IMG/VR virus record: IMGVR_UViG_3300051212_001597
Location: 1-60,503 of that record
Length of the DNA stretch: 60,503 nt
Source: a virus
Lineage: Duplodnaviria > Caudoviricetes
Reading direction: 5' to 3' (one strand)
Made by a program: the position numbers and the translations under genes. Below, piece after piece: positions 55,055 to 60,503 of the stretch; position 1 is the first letter of the stretch, and each line of letters opens with the position of its first letter. The notes beneath the pieces are model-generated. The model saw only the letters and a program-made list of their open reading frames with translations, searched no databases and was not told where the DNA came from.

Positions 55055-56070
55055 ATCCAGTATTGTTTGTTTCAAATAAAATAAATAGAAAATCTAAAGA
55101 GAAATACGATATATTAACATTCTCTACACACGAAGCTTATCAAGAGGCGATGGCTAGAACTGGCCATAACTTCTTCTTGCTTGAGATGCCAGGATCTAAG
55201 AAATGGAATGAAGAGTTTAGAAAGCTTCCTAAGAACTGCGTTATAGTTACCGATTTCGAAAAGATACCATCCTCGATAGATTTTATAATCTCACAAGAGA
55301 GATATTCTCAAATACAAAACTCAAAAAACCTAGCCAATGCTCTTAGACTTCCTTTGATACATATAGATCATGTTGAGCCTATTAATAATCCAGCCTTGCT
55401 AGAGACGATTAATATAAAAGCAGATTTAAATGTCTGTATAACAGAACACAACAAAGAAAGCTGGAAAAACAAAGACGCTATAGTCATAAATCACGGAATA
55501 GATACTAATGTCTTTTCTGGCTGGAAACCAAATGGTAGCAAAGAGGTTGTGTACACCGTAAATTATCTAAGAGATAGAGATTTCTTTTGTGGTCATTTTG
55601 AATGGGAATATGTTAAAAACAAAGCAACGTCTATAGATCCAAAAATCAAATTTACTCTTATTGGAGATAATCCTGGGATAAGCAGGCCTATATCAGATCC
55701 AAATAAAATTGCAGAAAAAATTAAAAATTCTGCCTGCTATATAAACACCTCAAAATTTTCTCCTGTCCCAATGTCTCTTCTTGAGGCTATGTCTTGTGGG
55801 GCGCCTATAGTTTCGACTAGATATCAAGAGGTTGCTAAGATATTAAATGAGGAAAACTCTGTTTCATCGAATGACTTAGATGTTTTGGCTGAAGCGGTTG
55901 TTAAAATTTGCAATAATGAGGAAGGATTTGAAAGCATTGGCTCAAACGCTAGAAGGTTTATTGAATCCAACTATTCTATGGAAACTTTTATTCATAATTG
56001 GAACTCAATATTTAATAAGGCCTATAATCAAAGACTAGGAACTGTAAATGAAATATTTCATATCAAATAA
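55051..56070 (+). CDS. GT4-like glycosyltransferase
   Basis: HGIDT, SPVPMSLLEAMSCGAPIV. Confidence 0.85.
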   Translation: MNPVLFVSNKINRKSKEKYDILTFSTHEAYQEAMARTGHNFFLLEMPGSKKWNEEFRKLPKNCVIVTDFEKIPSSIDFIISQERYSQIQNSKNLANALRLPLIHIDHVEPINNPALLETINIKADLNVCITEHNKESWKNKDAIVINHGIDTNVFSGWKPNGSKEVVYTVNYLRDRDFFCGHFEWEYVKNKATSIDPKIKFTLIGDNPGISRPISDPNKIAEKIKNSACYINTSKFSPVPMSLLEAMSCGAPIVSTRYQEVAKILNEENSVSSNDLDVLAEAVVKICNNEEGFESIGSNARRFIESNYSMETFIHNWNSIFNKAYNQRLGTVNEIFHIK

Positions 56071-56455
56071 AGAATCAGAACATTTAAACTTTACAAAATT
56101 AACCGAGCAGGAATTTTTAGAAACAGTCGATACAGCAATAGATGAATTCTATATATATCCTGGAACTTTTGAAACTTCTGAGGCGCCAGAGGCGCTGCTT
56201 GCAAAAATTAAAATGCACTGTAAAAAAGACTCCAAAATAACAATTGGTTTTATAAATATTTATCAAGTTTTTGTAAATGTTGCAAATCATAAAATAGACC
56301 TAGGTATAGGTCACGCTACCTGTAAGTCGATAAAAAACGCATTTAATGTTCAAGCGGCTAGCAATTTCATTTTATCGTCTGGATTAGATATTTCTAAGGT
56401 CTACTTAGAAGATGGTTGCTCAATAATAAAGGTTGAATGCAATGTTAAATCCTGA
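56048..56455 (+). CDS. Hypothetical protein
   Basis: Operonic ORF within the GT cluster. Confidence 0.5.
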   Translation: MKYFISNKESEHLNFTKLTEQEFLETVDTAIDEFYIYPGTFETSEAPEALLAKIKMHCKKDSKITIGFINIYQVFVNVANHKIDLGIGHATCKSIKNAFNVQAASNFILSSGLDISKVYLEDGCSIIKVECNVKS

Positions 56456-57149
56456 AGTTTCTGTAGTGATAACTACATATAATGAAGAGAATTTTATAGA
56501 AAAAGCTATCAAAAGTGTTTTGAACCAAACGCTGCCAAAAAACATGTATGAATTGATAGTTATAGACGACGGTGGCGTAGATTCAACTCAGGACATTATT
56601 TCTAATCTTCAGTCAAAAACAGACTTTGAAATAAAGTATACAAAGAAAAATAATGGCGGAACGGCTTCTGCTAGAAATCTTGGTGTGAGCAAATCTTCTG
56701 CACCATTCATATCTTTCTTAGATGGAGATGATTTTTATGATCCAAGAAAACTTGAAGAATCTTTAAAGTTTATGCGAAAAGGTGATAGCGTTGGTATTGT
56801 TTATAGCGACTATATAGAACGTTATCCAGACAGAGCGCAACTAAGATTAAAGATGAATTTTGATAGAGAGCTTCTATTCAAAGAATGTATTGTATCAACC
56901 AATTCGATGGTTAGAAGAAGTGCTATTGAAAGAGTTGGCGGCTTTGATGAATCTTTTAGATATATAGAAGATTACGATCTTTGGTGCAGAATAATCCTAT
57001 CTGGCTACTTTGCGCTAAGAGTTCCAATTCCATTATTTACATACAATAACCACAAAGCAAGTAAAACTAATTCAACGAATGTAGAAAAGATAAATCCAGA
57101 ATGGGAAACTATATATGGAAGGATCAAAAAAAATGAGTGGAAAATATAA
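56433..57149 (+). CDS. GT2 glycosyltransferase
   Basis: VSVVITTYN, VIDDG, NGGTASARN, FLDGDD, GGFDE, EDYDLW. Confidence 0.93.
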   Translation: MNAMLNPEVSVVITTYNEENFIEKAIKSVLNQTLPKNMYELIVIDDGGVDSTQDIISNLQSKTDFEIKYTKKNNGGTASARNLGVSKSSAPFISFLDGDDFYDPRKLEESLKFMRKGDSVGIVYSDYIERYPDRAQLRLKMNFDRELLFKECIVSTNSMVRRSAIERVGGFDESFRYIEDYDLWCRIILSGYFALRVPIPLFTYNNHKASKTNSTNVEKINPEWETIYGRIKKNEWKI

Positions 57150-57651
57150 CCAGGATCCGATAAAAGAAACGTTTTTATTAGGAACTAGATTCCCAAATAG
57201 AAAATCAATTGCTATATGCATGGATTCGGTTAGGAGTCAAGAGTACTACGAAATAGTAAGCGCTCTATACAAGAAGAATACATATGATTACGATTATATG
57301 ATATTTACATCTGATAATAATTCACCAGCTCTTGTGAATCCTTGCGCTTTATATTATTACAATTATATAGAGCACTATAGAGGTGATGCTTTAGCGTTGA
57401 CAATAAGATCTGCTATAAATCTAATGCAGTCTGGATGCATTTTAAATAAAAAGGTTTGGTATATTTCAGACATAACTGGAATGAAAGAGATATCAAAATC
57501 TCTTCCAGCTATTTGCGATTTTTTTGATGAGATTGTTTTTGTAAATGAGCATATAAGAACAATTTTCCTTTCATTTTTCCCATTTTTAAATGAGTCTAAA
57601 ACCTCGACCGACGAACTAGATATAATGCTTTTGGAGAAACGCTTCACATGA
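57115..57651 (+). CDS. Hypothetical protein
   Basis: Operonic ORF at the end of the GT cluster. Confidence 0.5.
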   Translation: MEGSKKMSGKYNQDPIKETFLLGTRFPNRKSIAICMDSVRSQEYYEIVSALYKKNTYDYDYMIFTSDNNSPALVNPCALYYYNYIEHYRGDALALTIRSAINLMQSGCILNKKVWYISDITGMKEISKSLPAICDFFDEIVFVNEHIRTIFLSFFPFLNESKTSTDELDIMLLEKRFT

Positions 57652-58445
57652 AGAAAGAAGAAATTATAAACGCAATTGTAGAAAACAGTGATATGCTTTT
57701 GGATGATCTTAAGACTAAGAAGGTTTCTGAGCTTAAGGAAATTTATTCAGAAGTAACTAAGAACATAAAACCAATTATTTGCGGAGTTTCAGAAACAGAT
57801 CCGGGTTGGTCAGACTATGTTATGTCTAACTTTTCTGAAAACGAATTAAAAGATGGGATGCCTACTTGCGATGGGCTTAGAAGAGTTTTTAAGAAACTTG
57901 TTGGTCAAATAATAAGCTGCTATATGGATGTGATAAAGGCTCCAACGCTTTCAGACCCGACAGCTACCGTGTCTTGCAGTTTAACTTTTCAAAGATTCGG
58001 AAGCTCAAAGTCGTGTTCTATTGGAGATGTGTTTGATGTTAATCCAGACAATACTCCTTGGCCCTATTGTAAGGCTAGCACCGCAACAGCGGCTACTAAA
58101 GCTGAAGCTAGAGCATTAAGAAAGGCGCTTGGATTAGTTAAGGTTTATTCCGCAGAAGAAATACAGGAAGGTATGGATGTTAACGACATATCAATGTCTT
58201 CATCTGACGGAAACAAAAATATCTCAGATAGCGCTAAGATAGCAATAAATACTATGTCAAATAGACTTGGTATAAAGCCTGTAAAACTCTTTGCTGTTAT
58301 GGGGATAGATAAGCAAGACGTTTCGACATTGACGTATTCAGAGGGCCATGCTGTGCTTTCTAAGCTAAACGCCTTCACCAGAGGAGAGGCTAACGGCGGA
58401 GAATCTATACCACAAGAAATCAAGTCATCGGAGATCATAATCTAA
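57648..58445 (+). CDS. Putative single-strand annealing protein (Rad52/ERF-like)
   Basis: PTCDGLRR...AATKAEARALRKALGL...YSAEE and a C-terminal helical domain (LTYSEG). Confidence 0.5.
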   Translation: MKKEEIINAIVENSDMLLDDLKTKKVSELKEIYSEVTKNIKPIICGVSETDPGWSDYVMSNFSENELKDGMPTCDGLRRVFKKLVGQIISCYMDVIKAPTLSDPTATVSCSLTFQRFGSSKSCSIGDVFDVNPDNTPWPYCKASTATAATKAEARALRKALGLVKVYSAEEIQEGMDVNDISMSSSDGNKNISDSAKIAINTMSNRLGIKPVKLFAVMGIDKQDVSTLTYSEGHAVLSKLNAFTRGEANGGESIPQEIKSSEIII

Positions 58446-58933
58446 TGGAGCCTAAGAAATATAATCCGTCATATAAAATATATAAGCCAAATCAAAAAGA
58501 ATTTGCAAAGGGTTCTGCCACTTCGTGGGAGTATAATCCTACAACAAAAAATTTCTTTCTGACAATTGCCAAGCAGCTAGAGTCTAAAGATCAAAATGGA
58601 AACGCTGTTTTTGATTGGAAAGAAAACCATGAAACGGTAAAACTAGACTTGGAAGAGCTTGCAGAGATAGCCTTGGTGCTTTCTGACAAAAAGGACCATT
58701 TAGGAAATAGCGATGGTCAGACTCAAAAAGGTAAGGGTCTTTTTCATCAGACCAAGGACGGTAATACAATAGTAAAGCTGTATAGAATTGATAGTGCGGA
58801 TCCAACATACGGCTTAGAAATAAGCTCTAAAAAGTCATCCAATCAATTTTGGTGCGGGCAAAGAATAACTCTAGCCGAAGCTAGAGTATTATTCATAATG
58901 TGTAGTAAAGCTATAGAAGATAAGATTTTTTAA
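58445..58933 (+). CDS. Hypothetical protein, possible Whirly/PC4-like ssDNA-binding fold
   Basis: IYKPN...FLTIAKQ...FDW...VKLDLEELAEI...LFH...ITLAEARVL. Confidence 0.45.
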   Translation: MEPKKYNPSYKIYKPNQKEFAKGSATSWEYNPTTKNFFLTIAKQLESKDQNGNAVFDWKENHETVKLDLEELAEIALVLSDKKDHLGNSDGQTQKGKGLFHQTKDGNTIVKLYRIDSADPTYGLEISSKKSSNQFWCGQRITLAEARVLFIMCSKAIEDKIF

Positions 58934-59289
58934 TCGTCTTCCATTTCTAACTCTTCAGTTTCGTCTTCCATCTCTAATTCTTCAGTATCAACAGAATCTA
59001 GGATCTCGTATCCTGGATTTTGTTTTTCTGACTTAATATAGTTTGCAGCATCAACAATGTAGTCTGAAGCTAGTGTTATTTTTGATTGAACATGCTCTGG
59101 TAGATCTTCATTATCTGAGAGAAGGTCGTGCAACTCTTGCGCGTTTCTTATAATTGTTTTTAGGTCAGATTTTGCCATTCCCCCCTCTTCGCCGTATTCA
59201 CCACTATCTTTTTGAGGATTCATCATTGGCATTTCTACATCTTCATGCTCAGTGGCCTTTAAGAAATATTTTATAAAATTTGGTTTCAT
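58930..59289 (-). CDS. Acidic phage protein, probably head-associated
   Basis: EGGMAKSDL...LPEHVQSKITLASDYI motif seen in large-phage proteins. Confidence 0.65.
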   Translation of the reverse strand: MKPNFIKYFLKATEHEDVEMPMMNPQKDSGEYGEEGGMAKSDLKTIIRNAQELHDLLSDNEDLPEHVQSKITLASDYIVDAANYIKSEKQNPGYEILDSVDTEELEMEDETEELEMEDD

Positions 59290-60083
59290 TAGTCAACCCT
59301 CTTTATTCCGCAATTAAGCGATAGCGAATTGTCTGCGTCTTTAATTGGATCTCTAGGTAATCCGTCACCTCCAGCGCATCTATTTCGCGCTAGTTTAAGT
59401 TGTTTGCAAAGTTTTGTAAGTTCTCTTCTTACTTTCTCACCACTACTATTTCCATCGCAGAACTCCTTAACTATTTTCTTTAGTCCCTTCCAATACTCTT
59501 CATGAATTCTGCAGTAGCATTTCATATCGGTTATTGTCATACCAGGATAACATCCGACATTGCCTTGTTCTGTGTGATAGCATAGAGACCTTACTTCTGG
59601 ACATCTATATGTACCCCAGCCAACAACTAGACCCCTGAGTAGCTTGGCTGTTGGATGATCTGCATTACTTCCAACCATTAATGTGTCTAAACATGCGGTA
59701 ACATCAGAAGCTTCTCGTTCGCAATCTGTTGGTATATTTATTGGAGAAGCTGGGCACGGAACTGGTCCGCCTCCACCACCACCGCCACTAGAGCCAGTGT
59801 CAATAATGCTTCCGTTGGGATCAACGGTAATTTCTTCTGATTCTATCGATGGTTTAGGCTTTGTGCCTCCTGGATATGAGTCATAACACGTATCTTCACA
59901 AGAAAGATTTGGATAAAAAGTACAAACCCAGTTAAAATATGGGTAATCTCCACAGGCTAATCCTTCTGAATAACCGCAGTGTTTGACTTCGCCAGTTTTC
60001 GGATCTCTACAACAACAAGCTCCGTATTCTACACCAGCTGAAACGGTTCTGAGCTTAGCTAAAATTTTTGATAGTTTTTTCAT
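59289..60083 (-). CDS. Cys-rich protein with basic leader and GACC module
   Basis: MKKLSKILAKLRTVSA-GVEYGACCC...PNLSC; poly-Gly linker. Confidence 0.7.
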   Translation of the reverse strand: MKKLSKILAKLRTVSAGVEYGACCCRDPKTGEVKHCGYSEGLACGDYPYFNWVCTFYPNLSCEDTCYDSYPGGTKPKPSIESEEITVDPNGSIIDTGSSGGGGGGGPVPCPASPINIPTDCEREASDVTACLDTLMVGSNADHPTAKLLRGLVVGWGTYRCPEVRSLCYHTEQGNVGCYPGMTITDMKCYCRIHEEYWKGLKKIVKEFCDGNSSGEKVRRELTKLCKQLKLARNRCAGGDGLPRDPIKDADNSLSLNCGIKRVD

Positions 60084-60084
60084 T

Positions 60085-60297
60085 TTATCCCTTAATCACA
60101 TGATTAATAAAAGTAACGCCTATAGATATAAATACCGCTATTATGGCTGATCCAAAGTACATTTTAGTCCTTAGAACAGCCAGCTCCTCCTTTATCGAGG
60201 ATAGGTCAGCCTCTATCCTAGACAATCTATCATTACTTCTAGTCAGTTCTGCGAGAATTAGTTTTTTATACTCAAGCCAACCATTATCTTCTGACAT
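60085..60297 (-). CDS. Small coiled-coil protein with C-terminal transmembrane segment
   Basis: NGWLEY...LSRIE..L...AIIAVFISIGV. Confidence 0.6.
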   Translation of the reverse strand: MSEDNGWLEYKKLILAELTRSNDRLSRIEADLSSIKEELAVLRTKMYFGSAIIAVFISIGVTFINHVIKG

Positions 60298-60303
60298 ATT
60301 TAC

Positions 60304-60501
60304 CTACAGATACTCTATAATACACGCGAGTATTATAAAAGGCGCAACGTTTATGTCTGTTGGCTCTATGCACATGCCAATATGCCAATCGTGTTGATTT
60401 GATGGTATTCCTGTAGATCCTACCGCTGCATAAGCCCCGCTAGGGCCGGGGTTTCTAGTTAAATTTAACGAGTTTTTAGATAGATGGTAAAAGCTAGTCC
60501 A
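60304..60501 (-). CDS. Partial CDS (3' end), possibly structural
   Basis: Open frame WTSFYHL...NPGPSG...HDWHIGMCIEP...IIEYL to TAG at 60306-60304; runs off the window. Confidence 0.55.
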   Translation of the reverse strand, partial: WTSFYHLSKNSLNLTRNPGPSGAYAAVGSTGIPSNQHDWHIGMCIEPTDINVAPFIILACIIEYL

Positions 60502-60503
60502 AT

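Noticed and set aside
875-60397. Many short ORFs in the track that lie opposite or inside confident genes (for example 2088-2585, 4700-4882, 30815-31300, 48296-48781)
   Set aside because: They are shadow frames of well-supported genes or tRNAs and carry no motifs or initiation signals.
1-60503. Stop-codon reassignment suggested by abundant TAG-containing words
   Set aside because: Conserved genes are full length in the standard code, TAG ends several of them (for example TrmH and dut), and no suppressor tRNA is present.

Overview
This AT-rich, densely coding 60.5-kb window is part of a large tailed dsDNA phage genome. No capsid, terminase or portal gene is recognisable here. Host clues point to Planctomycetota, probably Phycisphaerae (inference): a dockerin-like DxNxDG repeat pair, G(A/R)CC cysteine modules and a planctomycete-type HTH regulator. 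The window encodes three sigma-70-family factors and a replication/recombination module (RecA, DnaB, DnaG, Cas4/RecB-like nuclease, DnaQ, SSB) whose DnaE is split into two genes without an intein. It also has nucleotide-metabolism genes (ThyX, class II RNR, dUTPase, dNMP kinase), UvsE, a TrmH-family methylase, an LpxH-like phosphoesterase, a tail-fibre module, two glycosyltransferase clusters (one with RfbH/DdhC) and five tRNAs, all reading A-ending codons. The most unusual element is the RNA array at 4007-5212, where tRNAs alternate with unassigned structured RNAs: a duplicated H-type pseudoknot with two compensatory base changes, two long-stem RNAs each preceded by a G(C/T)GTT-loop hairpin, and two aberrant tRNA-like folds. 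Other notable signals are a recurrent GTGTAT(A/T) promoter-like motif, a family of unrelated proteins sharing a basic amphipathic N-terminal leader, and strong CTAG over-representation that drops out over a likely imported tail-tip/LpxH block. All product calls come from motif recognition by eye; no database search was run.
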